A stretch of DNA of 47,369 bases from Parcubacteria group bacterium GW2011_GWC1_45_13 (lineage in GTDB: Bacteria; Patescibacteriota; Minisyncoccia; UBA11713; 2-01-FULL-45-33), in NCBI GenBank assembly GCA_001001285.1, contig LCKG01000006.1, positions 1 through 47,369 of the forward strand. Reading direction: 5' to 3'. The stretch's first letter is position 1. Every line of letters starts with the position of its first letter. Below the pieces are notes generated by a model. It made no database searches and was not told where the DNA came from. It saw only the letters and a list, made by a program, of their open reading frames with translations. Below are positions 34,926 to 43,792 of the stretch, piece by piece. The translations under genes were made by a program, and so were the position numbers.

Positions 34926-36122
34926 ATGCTTGATAATATCCTTGCTTTTATTAAAAAATTTATTCCGGTGCCGGTTTTTAATTTGTTTCAACCTTTTTAT
35001 CATTTGTGTCTGGCGTATCTCGCGGCTGCGATCTACGGATTTCCGGCGCGCCGGTTGAAAATTGTGGGAGTCACTGGCACCAATGGAAAATCAACGGTGG
35101 TGCATTTGATAAGTTCTATTTTGGAAGAGGCCGGAGAGAAAGTCGCATCAGTTTCTTCTTTGCGTTTCCGGGTAAATCAACAAGAAGAAAAAAATACTTT
35201 GAAAATGACCATGCCGGGAAGATTCAAGCTCCAGAAATTTTTACGGGAGGCAGTCTGGGCCGGATGCAAATATGGAATTATAGAAATAACATCTGAGGGC
35301 ATAAAACAATACCGGCACGTAGGTATTGTTTTTTACATGGCGGTGCTTACCAATATGACTCCGGAGCATATTGAATCGCACGGAACTTTTGAAAAATACC
35401 GCGCGGTGAAAGCAGAGCTTTTTAAAAGAGCCAAAATCCATGTTTTAAACGGAGAAGATCCTTCTATTGAATATTTTCTTAAAATTCCTGCCCAAAACCG
35501 CATTATCTACTCAAAAAAAGATCTTCCTCCGAATGTACATCTTAAACTTCTGGGTGAATTCAATTTGGAAAACGCCGTGGCAGCGTTCCATGCCGCGAAA
35601 CTTCTGGGCATAGAGTTTAACGCCATCAAACGCGCCTTGGAGAGCGTTAGGGGCGTGCCGGGTAGATTGGAGTTTATGCAAAAAGAACCCTTCTTGGTAG
35701 TGGTGGATTATGCGCACACGCCGGACGCGCTGGAAAAAGTTTACGAGACTTTAGGTGGAAATTTAATTTGTGTTTTGGGTTCGGCCGGCGGAGGAAGGGA
35801 TAAGTGGAAAAGGCCGGAAATGGGAAAAATCGCTGACAAATTCTGCAAAAAAATTATTTTAACCAATGAGGACCCGTATGATGAGAATCCGGAAGCAATT
35901 TTGGCGGAGGTGGAATGTGGCATCGCCCAAAAAAACAAGCTCCAGAAAATTCTGGACCGCAGCGAAGCTATCCGCGAAGCGATAAAATCCGCCAAAGCAG
36001 GAGACACCGTAATCATCACCGGCAAAGGCGCCGAGCCGTGGATTATGGGCCCCAACGGCGCAAAAATTCCTTGGGATGACAGGGAGGTTGTAAGAGAAGA
36101 GCTAGCTATCGCGCAAAAATAA
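34926..36122 (+). CDS. murE: Mur ligase family protein (MurE-like, lacking the N-terminal domain)
   Basis: GVTGTNGKSTV P-loop and DYAHTPDALEKVY, a MurE-type motif. The expected DNPR motif is replaced by TNEDPY. Confidence 0.65.
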   Translation: MLDNILAFIKKFIPVPVFNLFQPFYHLCLAYLAAAIYGFPARRLKIVGVTGTNGKSTVVHLISSILEEAGEKVASVSSLRFRVNQQEEKNTLKMTMPGRFKLQKFLREAVWAGCKYGIIEITSEGIKQYRHVGIVFYMAVLTNMTPEHIESHGTFEKYRAVKAELFKRAKIHVLNGEDPSIEYFLKIPAQNRIIYSKKDLPPNVHLKLLGEFNLENAVAAFHAAKLLGIEFNAIKRALESVRGVPGRLEFMQKEPFLVVVDYAHTPDALEKVYETLGGNLICVLGSAGGGRDKWKRPEMGKIADKFCKKIILTNEDPYDENPEAILAEVECGIAQKNKLQKILDRSEAIREAIKSAKAGDTVIITGKGAEPWIMGPNGAKIPWDDREVVREELAIAQK

Positions 36123-36277
36123 AAAAAGCCCAGCGATTCTGATGCTAGGCTCCACGGAAATTTATCTCATAACGGAAGGGAAGATAATGGCGGAAGCGGT
36201 GTTTTTTCTTTCATTTTTATTTCGTCTAGTTGTCCATCGCAGATACCGATAATAAACACACCGTTTACATCTTTTAA

Positions 36278-36493
36278 CTACCTTATCTTTATGTCAAAAT
36301 ATTTATCTTTCCCATCCTGTACTAGGAGAGCTTCTTTTACCTCAGGATCTTCCGGCGGCAGTACTGGCGCGAGTTTTGTTTGGGCTTGGTCTACCGAATC
36401 AGCTTCTACAACAAAGAGATGCGGGTCGCTCCACGCCGTCCAGTGATGCATTCCAATGAAAGGAATAAAAACTTCTACAAGAAATAGGCTCAT
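36278..36493 (-). CDS. hypothetical small protein
   Basis: 71-aa ORF with a strong SD (AAGGAGGGTGCTATATG). No recognisable motif. Confidence 0.5.
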   Translation of the reverse strand: MSLFLVEVFIPFIGMHHWTAWSDPHLFVVEADSVDQAQTKLAPVLPPEDPEVKEALLVQDGKDKYFDIKIR

Positions 36494-36531
36494 ATAGCAC
36501 CCTCCTTATTTTTTCATTTCCCGTTTGGGAT

Positions 36532-36560
36532 TTGTGATAACATAATCCATTTCGTATAAT
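36532..36560 (+). promoter_or_regulatory. sigma70-type promoter (TTGTGA-17 nt-TATAAT)
   Basis: Hexamers at 36532-36537 and 36555-36560 with an exact 17-nt spacer, upstream of the hydrolase gene, which has an SD (GAAGGAGGAGG). Confidence 0.5.
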
Positions 36561-36638
36561 ACTCCAGTAATTCAAGAAGTCAAGTTGCAAAAAATGTAAG
36601 ATGATGCTAAAACAAATGAAGAAGGAGGAGGACGCTTT

Positions 36639-37343
36639 ATGGAAAAATTTTGGGTTGAAACACATGAGAATGGTGTTGAAAACAAAAAAGCAATTTTGAT
36701 TTTCCCGCACTGGGGAGCGCAACTCTGGCAGTATCAATTATTCGCGAAGTGGTTTTCAGGTTTTCGCACAATTATTTTTCATTGTCCGGATTCGCTTTTA
36801 AGTTCGGACATTGAGGCTACGTTTCGTAATTTTGATCTTTTGGAATCGGTGATTTTGAGCGATATCGGGCATTTAAAGAGCAAAGGCATTTACGATTTTA
36901 GTTTTTACGGAGCTAGCTTGGGAAGCGTTATGGCTTTGCGCGCCGCCAATATCTTAGCATTCGCGGACGGCAGGGTCGGCGGAGTAGTTGTAAATTTAAG
37001 TTGCGCTGATTTTCCGTTTGCGACTTGGAACGGCAGCGCGACAAAATCACTTAGGGAAGATTGGAGGAAAAATGGCGTAAGCTACTCAGAGGTAAATCAG
37101 GCATGGTCCTATCTTTCGCCCATTAACAATTTATCGCGCCTCAAGGAAACAAAAATATTATTTTTTGCTTCCAAAAATGATGCGGTTATGAATCCCCCAA
37201 ATGTTATGGGTTTAGCCGATACGTTTGCCAATTATTTTCCTAAAGCCGAAGTTCACACTAACGCTTTTTTAGGGCACTATTTGGGCGGCGCCAAGAATTT
37301 TCTGCGCCTGCGCACCATGAGAAACTTTTTAGAGAGGCCCTGA
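36639..37343 (+). CDS. alpha/beta hydrolase fold protein
   Basis: Nucleophile elbow G-A-S-L-G-S (FYGASLGSVMA). Late Asp/His candidates (SKNDAV, FLGHYL). Confidence 0.65.
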   Translation: MEKFWVETHENGVENKKAILIFPHWGAQLWQYQLFAKWFSGFRTIIFHCPDSLLSSDIEATFRNFDLLESVILSDIGHLKSKGIYDFSFYGASLGSVMALRAANILAFADGRVGGVVVNLSCADFPFATWNGSATKSLREDWRKNGVSYSEVNQAWSYLSPINNLSRLKETKILFFASKNDAVMNPPNVMGLADTFANYFPKAEVHTNAFLGHYLGGAKNFLRLRTMRNFLERP

Positions 37344-37394
37344 CCATCCGGCGGGGCTTTTTATTTTTAGTCCATTTTGTGATATTATAAATCT

Positions 37395-38162
37395 ATGGAC
37401 ATAAACGAATCAAAATACCTGTATATCAGGCCGCCGAAGGAAGCGCTTTGGGCGATGACAGTATTTTTGGCGCTGGCCAGCGTATTTATGGCGGTAAAAA
37501 TCAACGGCGAATGGCGCGGCTATGGCAGGACCATTCCGCCCAACACGATTATGGTTTCCGGCGAGGGAAAAGTTTTGGTAAAGCCGGATATCGCGGTTGT
37601 TAATATCGGAGTTATAAAAGAAGACGCTGATTTGGGAAAAGTTCAGCAAAACACGGCTGAAATTATGGGACAGCTCGCGAAATTTTTGAAAGAAAATAAA
37701 GTGGATGAAAAAGACATCAAAACAACTTCATACAGCATCAGCCCGCGGTATGATTATAAGGAAGGCGAGCAAAAACTGCGCGGTTATGAAGTTTTTCAAA
37801 ATCTTGAAGTGAAAATAAGGGACCTGGGAAAAGTCGGCGCGGTTCTTTCCGGCGCGGCCGCCCGCGGGGCGAACCAAGTCGGCTCCCTTACTTTTTCGGT
37901 GGACGACCCTAAAAAAGCCAAAGAGGAAGCGAGAGCCATTGCAATAAAAGACGCCAGAGAAAAAGCAGGCAGGCTTTCGGCGGATTTGGGAGTGAGTTTG
38001 AAAAAAATAGTAAACTACGGAGAATCGGGCGGAGGCGGGCCGCAGCCGATTTACGCGCAAGCTGATTTTGGATTTGGAAAGGGAGGAGGTTTTCCGGTTC
38101 CGGCGCCTTCCGGCGAAAATGAGATAATCATCACGGTTAATCTGACTTACGAAATAAAGTAA
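37395..38162 (+). CDS. SIMPL domain (DUF541) protein
   Basis: TM anchor, then IMVSGEGKVLVKPDIAVVNIGV...TTSYSISPRYDY...GYEVFQNLEVKIRDL, the SIMPL/BP26 pattern. Confidence 0.78.
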   Translation: MDINESKYLYIRPPKEALWAMTVFLALASVFMAVKINGEWRGYGRTIPPNTIMVSGEGKVLVKPDIAVVNIGVIKEDADLGKVQQNTAEIMGQLAKFLKENKVDEKDIKTTSYSISPRYDYKEGEQKLRGYEVFQNLEVKIRDLGKVGAVLSGAAARGANQVGSLTFSVDDPKKAKEEARAIAIKDAREKAGRLSADLGVSLKKIVNYGESGGGGPQPIYAQADFGFGKGGGFPVPAPSGENEIIITVNLTYEIK

Positions 38163-38165
38163 GGG

Positions 38166-38657
38166 ATGAAAATTTTTCTTGTTTTGCATAATATCCGGAG
38201 CTTACATAATGTCGGCTCCATTTTCCGGACGGCCGAAGGGCTGGGCGTTAAAAAAATATATTTAACGGGATACACGCCCGAACCGCGCGACATTTTTGGA
38301 AAACTCCGGAAAGATTTCGCAAAAACCGCGCTTGGCGCGGAAAAATACGCTGATTGGGCGCGGATTAAAAATATTCACGCGCTGATTAAACGCTTAAAGA
38401 AAGACAGAACTAAAATCGTCGCTTTGGAGCAGTCAAAAAATAGCATTCCACTTAGCTTACTTAGCAATCGGATTGCTAAACGGGACATTGCTTTAATTTT
38501 AGGCAACGAAATCAACGGCATCCCTAAAAGTGTGCTTCAAAAATGCGATAAAATTATAGAAATCCCAATGCACGGCAAAAAAGAATCGCTGAATGTTTCC
38601 ATAGCCGCAGGCATCGCGATTTACGAGCTTACTAACCTCCCTACAACCCCTCCCTAA
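38166..38657 (+). CDS. SpoU/TrmH family RNA 2'-O-methyltransferase
   Basis: HNVGSIFRTAEGLGV, LILGNEINGIP and IPMHGKKESLNVSIAAGIAIYEL are SPOUT motifs 1-3. Confidence 0.85.
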   Translation: MKIFLVLHNIRSLHNVGSIFRTAEGLGVKKIYLTGYTPEPRDIFGKLRKDFAKTALGAEKYADWARIKNIHALIKRLKKDRTKIVALEQSKNSIPLSLLSNRIAKRDIALILGNEINGIPKSVLQKCDKIIEIPMHGKKESLNVSIAAGIAIYELTNLPTTPP

Positions 38658-39087
38658 TTAAGGAGGGGACCCACTTTCATTCCCAATGACCCATGACACT
38701 TTTACGCTTTTTTGAGAGGGAGATATATATGACATACGCAGAAAAAGAACTTCAATCTTTCGGTTTTCATCGGGTGAGTCAAAAGCTAGACTGAGTGGGC
38801 TTTGAACAACAAGTAGTTCTTTCCATCGGTCACCTCAAGCTTCTATTCGATTGTATTTGTCCCGCATATCCTAGTATCAGAGCGCTTGGATGTCCACTTC
38901 ATCATGATGGCTCGGGTGGTTCTTGGCCAATAGAAGAGGCCAAAAAAATTCCGACAGCAATCGTATAATCATCACATCTTCTTTTTCGCCGCATGGTTCG
39001 CCCAGCGGTCTTTTCTTTTTCCTACTTCCCATGACGCTTTGTATTTTTTTATCCCCTTCTTTACAAGGAGGGGTGGAGGGGATGTAG

Positions 39088-40023
39088 TTAGTAACTTGTC
39101 TCCGTAACTAAATTTCCTGATTGGTCAAAAAGCTGGATGTTTTCGTGCCTATTGCCCCACATCTCGGCATTTTTGCCTAAATAAATTCTCCATTCCGGCT
39201 GGTTGAAATCATAATCATTTTTATGATCGGTCACGCACCCGGCATAGCTGGCGTGTTGCGAGACGAACTCGGCACAGTCGTTATTTATTCCGGTGTCGGC
39301 ATTTATCGTGGGCGAGACGCAGGAGCTTAAACTCTCAATATAATCTATGCATCTATTATTTAAATTTCTCGGCAAGGACAAATCCGATATCCGCGGGCAG
39401 GAAAAAGACATTGAGGGCGAAATATTTTTACCTTGCGCCAAATAACCAGAGCATTTGTTTATTTTAAAATTTTTGCCAAGCTGGCTTTCGCCAGTGGCTA
39501 TAATTGCGCGCTCGCCATAATTTAACGCGACACTATTTCCATATTCGTCTTTACCGATTGTTGCCAAAACTCTGTCTCTATTTTGAAGTTTCATGCCAGA
39601 AATAACCGCGGTTTGTTTATTGTCGTAATCAAAATTTTCCAAAGAAATATATTCTTGCGAGAAATCTCCGTAAGTAGCCCCACCGCTATTTATGCGGATG
39701 GCAAGTTTTTTAGGGGTGCTTGCCGGAGGCGCCGGCGATGGCGGAGTAGGCTGCGTCACCTTTTTAATGGGGTTTTGAATGATTGGCGGCGGCGTGGTTA
39801 TGTCTGGTAAAGTGAAAAAAGAGCTGTTTGTAGACTGGCTTGGCGGCACTGGAGACGGAGCCGCCTGGGAACCCGAAGTGCCCGCGGAGCCATGCTCTGG
39901 AAATTGTCCTGGGATCTGCGTTTGCTGGCTTTTTGGGAATAAGTTTAAATTTTTTCTTTGAAAACTAAAAACTATGCCAACGATGACTAGCACGAATATC
40001 AGCCACATGACATCTTTATTCAT
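39088..40023 (-). CDS. membrane-anchored secreted protein (hypothetical; possible lamin-tail-like beta-sandwich plus Cys-rich C-terminus)
   Basis: N-terminal TM, Pro/Ser-rich linker, EYISLENFDYDNKQTAVISGMKLQN resembling an LTD motif, and several conserved-looking Cys. Confidence 0.6.
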   Translation of the reverse strand: MNKDVMWLIFVLVIVGIVFSFQRKNLNLFPKSQQTQIPGQFPEHGSAGTSGSQAAPSPVPPSQSTNSSFFTLPDITTPPPIIQNPIKKVTQPTPPSPAPPASTPKKLAIRINSGGATYGDFSQEYISLENFDYDNKQTAVISGMKLQNRDRVLATIGKDEYGNSVALNYGERAIIATGESQLGKNFKINKCSGYLAQGKNISPSMSFSCPRISDLSLPRNLNNRCIDYIESLSSCVSPTINADTGINNDCAEFVSQHASYAGCVTDHKNDYDFNQPEWRIYLGKNAEMWGNRHENIQLFDQSGNLVTETSY

Positions 40024-40027
40024 ATTT

Positions 40028-40035
40028 TGTATAAT
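40028..40035 (+). promoter_or_regulatory. extended -10-like TGTATAAT upstream of doxX
   Basis: It ends 6 nt before an ATG at 40042. That ATG opens a 21-codon ORF (MSEKPKEGELFPNIERKIKPC) whose stop (40105-40107) overlaps the doxX ATG (40101). Confidence 0.35.
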
Positions 40036-40100
40036 ACGCTTATGAGCGAAAAACCGAAAGAGGGCGAGCTTTTTCCGAACATAGAGCGCAAAATAAAACC

Positions 40101-40502
40101 ATGCTAAGTATTTTGCCGCAACTTCTTGATTTCCAATTTTATGTGCCGCTCCTTTTGAGGCTTGCTTTGGGAGCGATTTTTTTGGCGCATGGCTGGCAAA
40201 AATTGAGGTCCGATAAAATCCAACTCGCCGGCTGGCTGGAATCGATGAAATTCAAGCCTGGAGAGTTTTGGGCATGGGTCGTCACTTTGGTTGAATGCTT
40301 GGGCGGCATTGCTTTGGTTGTTGGGCTGTTCATGCAATTGACCGCTTTGATTTTGGCCATTCAATTTATAGTTATAATTTTGTATATCAAGCGCGGCCAG
40401 AAATTTATCGGCGGGTGGGAGTTTGATTTTTTGATTTTTACGGCACTCATAGCATTGTTGGTTTTAGGCCCCGGCGCCTGGGCGTTTGACTTGCCGCTTT
40501 AG
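40101..40502 (+). CDS. DoxX family membrane protein
   Basis: LLRLALGAIFLAHGWQKL motif and four TM helices. Confidence 0.8.
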   Translation: MLSILPQLLDFQFYVPLLLRLALGAIFLAHGWQKLRSDKIQLAGWLESMKFKPGEFWAWVVTLVECLGGIALVVGLFMQLTALILAIQFIVIILYIKRGQKFIGGWEFDFLIFTALIALLVLGPGAWAFDLPL

Positions 40503-40522
40503 GAATATGGTATAATTGGTTT

Positions 40523-41539
40523 ATGGCTAATCTTAAAACAAGTCTTTTGGTCGCTGGCGCGGTTGTGTTATTGGTGGCGGTTTTTTGGTGGATTCAGCCC
40601 AATTTTTGGAAGAAAGAGCCTGTTAAAGAGCCTGTTAAGGTACAATATCAGGTTGCGGCAGGCGGGGCCAATGAACTGCGGGCGCAGGTGATTAAAAAAT
40701 ACGGCATTGATAAAAAGCATGGCATTGATTTTGAGATTGTCACCACCGATCCGGGCGAATTGGAAAGAAGAATAGCTAACGGCGAATCTTATTTGGCGGA
40801 TATCTCGCCATTCACTATTTTAGCGGCGAAGCAAAAGAATATAAATTTGTTGGTCATTAGCCCGTCGGTGCTTTACCGCTATCATGTGCTTGTTTCTATC
40901 GACTCTCACATAGCTTCTGTTCAGGAATTGAAGGGGAAGAAAATCGGAACACAGCCGAAAGTTACCGCAGCTTATATTGCCACCGCCATAGCGCTCAAGG
41001 CGGGAGGCATTGACGTTGAAAAGGATGTCAGTATGGTTTTTGGAAATATTCCTCAAACTGCGGCTGCGGTAGAAAAAGGTGAGGCCGACGCGGCTATGGT
41101 GGCTTATCCACCCGCGGCCTCCCTTATTGCAAGCGGAAAATTCAAGAGCGCGGCGGCATTAGGAGATATTTGGAGCCAAAAAGAAGGCGGGCTTGTCCTT
41201 CCGTTCGTTGCGCTCGTTGCCAACAAAGACTGGTATGAGCACAATAAAGACACGGCAAAAAGAGCGGTGGAGACCATTTTGGACGCGGGGCGTTTTATCC
41301 AGGAGCGGCCTAGCGCGATTTCCGAGCTCACCGATTATCTTAATAAATATAATCTTAATACGCCACCGATTAGAGCATTGCTTGAAACAAATAGCCCAAA
41401 ACAGTTTCCTAATAATTACGGCGAGAAAGAAGTAATGGCGTTTGAAAGATATTTTGCGCAGGCCAAGGAGCTGAAGATTATACCAGCCGATGCTCCAATG
41501 GATAGTTTCCTTGTGAAGCCCTCCGAGCTCGGGCTTTAA
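40523..41539 (+). CDS. NMT1/THI5-like substrate-binding protein, third orphan paralog
   Basis: LKGKKIGTQPKVTAAYIATAIALKAGGIDVEKD and KGEADAAMVAYPP parallel the 27585 and 28560 proteins. Confidence 0.65.
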   Translation: MANLKTSLLVAGAVVLLVAVFWWIQPNFWKKEPVKEPVKVQYQVAAGGANELRAQVIKKYGIDKKHGIDFEIVTTDPGELERRIANGESYLADISPFTILAAKQKNINLLVISPSVLYRYHVLVSIDSHIASVQELKGKKIGTQPKVTAAYIATAIALKAGGIDVEKDVSMVFGNIPQTAAAVEKGEADAAMVAYPPAASLIASGKFKSAAALGDIWSQKEGGLVLPFVALVANKDWYEHNKDTAKRAVETILDAGRFIQERPSAISELTDYLNKYNLNTPPIRALLETNSPKQFPNNYGEKEVMAFERYFAQAKELKIIPADAPMDSFLVKPSELGL

Positions 41540-41581
41540 ACCGGCTTTATAAAGCAATCTCTTTGTGGTATAAATTATCCT

Positions 41582-42172
41582 ATGGATGACGGGGATATTG
41601 TATTTGATATAGAAACGAAGAAATCTTTTGACGAAGTGGGCGGGAGAAATAATTTCGGGAAATTGGGTGTATCAGTTGTCGGCGCATATATTTACGGGCC
41701 TGGCCAATATTTAACTTTTGAAGAACACGAAATTCCTGAATTTGAAAAATTGCTCCAAAAAGCTGGCCGCGTGGTCGGTTTTAATATCCACCATTTTGAC
41801 CTTGAGGTTTTGCGTCCTTATATCTCCTGGGACGTTAGAAAACTTTCCACGCTTGATTTAATGGATGATGTGAAAAAATCGCTTGGCCATCGGCTTTATT
41901 TAGATAGCTTAGCCGAGGCGACCTTGGGCGTCCGAAAAAGCGGAGACGGAATGCAAGCCCTGAAGTGGTACAAAGAGGGCAAAATTGATGAGATTAAAAA
42001 GTATTGCCTAAAAGACGTTGAGATCACAAAGAATCTTTACGACTTCGGCAGAAAAAACGGCCACGTTTTGTTTTATTCAAGGAGCGCCGGCGGGCGAGTG
42101 GCTATTCCTGTTGCATGGGAAAAGCAAAGCGTGCTAGAACTAAATAAAGATGCCCAACTCAAAATTTTTTAA
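41582..42172 (+). CDS. RNase H-like DEDDy 3'-5' exonuclease family protein (PolB-exo-like)
   Basis: Exo I (FDIET), Exo II (GFNIHHFDL) and Exo III (YCLKDV) motifs. Confidence 0.65.
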   Translation: MDDGDIVFDIETKKSFDEVGGRNNFGKLGVSVVGAYIYGPGQYLTFEEHEIPEFEKLLQKAGRVVGFNIHHFDLEVLRPYISWDVRKLSTLDLMDDVKKSLGHRLYLDSLAEATLGVRKSGDGMQALKWYKEGKIDEIKKYCLKDVEITKNLYDFGRKNGHVLFYSRSAGGRVAIPVAWEKQSVLELNKDAQLKIF

Positions 42173-42632
42173 TATATTAGGAGCGGAGCTGGGCCTGGAC
42201 GAAGTCGTCCAGGCAATTTACGATTTTATAACATTGAAACCGCAGAGAAAATATAAAATAATAGTGGGGACGGATTCGGCCGCGAGGAGCGAAGTGAATT
42301 TTGTGACAGCTGTCACTATCTGGCGGGTTGGTAATGGAGGAATACATTTCTGGACACGCTCGGAGAAAACGCACTGCCACGATTTACGCGAGCGGATTTA
42401 CAAGGAAACGATTCATTCCATAACTTTGGCGCAGGAACTCCGCGGGCGGCTCAAAGAAAAATTGGGGGATGAGTTTTTCTGGAACGATCAGATTCATATT
42501 GACGTTGGCGAAAACGGTCCGACAAAAGATTTTATAGAAACAGTTGTAGGCATGGTTAGGGGCTACGGCTTTGACGCCGTAATCAAGCCCAATTCTTTCG
42601 GGGCTTCAATAGTGGCGGATAGGCACACGTAA
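42150..42632 (+). CDS. YkuK/DUF458-like RNase H-fold protein
   Basis: YKIIVGTDSAARSEVNFVTAVTIWRVGNGG...RIYKETIHSITLAQELR resembles the DUF458 pattern. Overlaps the previous gene by 23 nt. Confidence 0.65.
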   Translation: MPNSKFFNILGAELGLDEVVQAIYDFITLKPQRKYKIIVGTDSAARSEVNFVTAVTIWRVGNGGIHFWTRSEKTHCHDLRERIYKETIHSITLAQELRGRLKEKLGDEFFWNDQIHIDVGENGPTKDFIETVVGMVRGYGFDAVIKPNSFGASIVADRHT

Positions 42633-42633
42633 A

Positions 42634-42666
42634 TCACTTGGGTGTCGGACACCCAAGTGATTTTTT
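42634..42666 (+). terminator. rho-independent terminator
   Basis: TCACTTGGGTGTC-g-GACACCCAAGTGA (13-nt arms) followed by TTTTTT, directly after the stop at 42632. Confidence 0.85.
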
Positions 42667-42740
42667 GTCCTCGTAGCTCAACTGGATAGAGCGTTGGCCT
42701 CCGAAGCCAAAGGTTGCGCGTTCAAATCGCGCCGAGGGCA
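42667..42740 (+). tRNA. tRNA-Arg (anticodon CCG)
   Basis: Manual cloverleaf: acceptor GTCCTCG/CGAGGGC, D arm GCTC-AACTGGATA-GAGC, anticodon arm TTGGC-CTCCGAA-GCCAA, T arm GCGCG-TTCAAAT-CGCGC, discriminator A. No encoded CCA. Confidence 0.93.
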
Positions 42741-42748
42741 CAAAAATT

Positions 42749-42777
42749 TTGACGCCGAAATTTTTAATTTATATTAT
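42749..42777 (+). promoter_or_regulatory. sigma70-type promoter (TTGACG-17 nt-TATTAT)
   Basis: Hexamers at 42749-42754 and 42772-42777 with an exact 17-nt spacer, upstream of the gene at 42813. Confidence 0.5.
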
Positions 42778-42812
42778 ATGAATATACCCTATTTTGGGGG
42801 AAGAAAATTTTT

Positions 42813-43580
42813 ATGAATAAATTTTTTCCAACAAGCACAATCACAGGCTTACTGGTAGGAACTGTATTTGCAGGTCTAAACTTTCTCAGATTTTTTTGTT
42901 CGGAGTCTACATCATTCACCTGTGCTTTCCCTAAAGCCTTCGCTTACTATTCACCTGTATGGTGGCTATATGCAACTATTAATTTTAGCCTTGGTCCTTT
43001 TATTGCCCTAGCTCTTACAATAGTTATCTTTGGTTTCCTTGGTGCGATTGTAGGTAAAATACTTGGCTTTTTTTCGGAATCGAGGTTATTTAAATATGTA
43101 CTGTGGATAGTTCTGATTTTGATCGTATTGCTGTATGTCGGGGCGACTATTCAAAGAACCTCAAAAGAATTAGGAAGCTCAAATAGAATTCAGATACAAG
43201 CTAATAAGGAATGGGAAATTCTGCAATCCGTTCTGTCTGGCAATTCTACGGAGATGGTTTGTTCGGACGGAGACCTCGCTAAGAATACTTGCTATATCAT
43301 GGCCGCTTTAAAGTACGAAAACCCGGAAACGTGTTTTAAATTATCTTACGCCGCCGAAAGTCAGGCTGGGTCGGAACTTTGCAGAAATCTCGCCGAAGAA
43401 GCCAGAAATAACCAATTATCTAGGGATTCGTGCGATAAAGATAAATTATCGGGCGAAAATAAATTAAAAGGCCCTAATAAACACCAAGATTGTTATTTTA
43501 ACCTTGGAATATATTTTCAAGACAAATCTATCTGTGCTAAATCATTTCAGGAACATGGCTGTGAAAGATATATTCAGTAG
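42813..43580 (+). CDS. integral membrane protein with Cys-rich soluble C-terminal half (hypothetical)
   Basis: Several N-terminal TM helices. The C-terminal half contains multiple Cys. No family recognised. Confidence 0.6.
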   Translation: MNKFFPTSTITGLLVGTVFAGLNFLRFFCSESTSFTCAFPKAFAYYSPVWWLYATINFSLGPFIALALTIVIFGFLGAIVGKILGFFSESRLFKYVLWIVLILIVLLYVGATIQRTSKELGSSNRIQIQANKEWEILQSVLSGNSTEMVCSDGDLAKNTCYIMAALKYENPETCFKLSYAAESQAGSELCRNLAEEARNNQLSRDSCDKDKLSGENKLKGPNKHQDCYFNLGIYFQDKSICAKSFQEHGCERYIQ

Positions 43581-43676
43581 GAATGCGTTTGTAAAAGAAT
43601 TTGCCGCCAAAGAAAAACTTGTCCCGACTAATTCAAGAATACTGCACCATAATCCAACTGAAAGATTTTTTTCCCG

Positions 43677-43715
43677 CCAAACAATGGACTTCCATTGCGG
43701 AAGCCCATTGTTTGG
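43677..43715. repeat. strong 39-nt hairpin (11-bp + 4-bp stems)
   Basis: CCAAACAATGG-ac-TTCC-attgc-GGAA-gc-CCATTGTTTGG. No adjacent downstream T-tract on either strand. Confidence 0.8.
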
Positions 43716-43792
43716 AAAATAAAAAACCTGTTAGTTTCTTATTGGTGGGATTATACGCTAATTTACTAACCTATTTTACCAAGAATTATTGA

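Noticed and set aside
43504-43792. ORFs 43504-43722 and 43601-43792 downstream of the membrane-protein gene
   Set aside because: The first overlaps the 3' end of the 42813-43580 gene in another frame. Both are short, lack start signals, and cross the strong hairpin at 43677-43715. They are possibly remnants but not supportable as genes.
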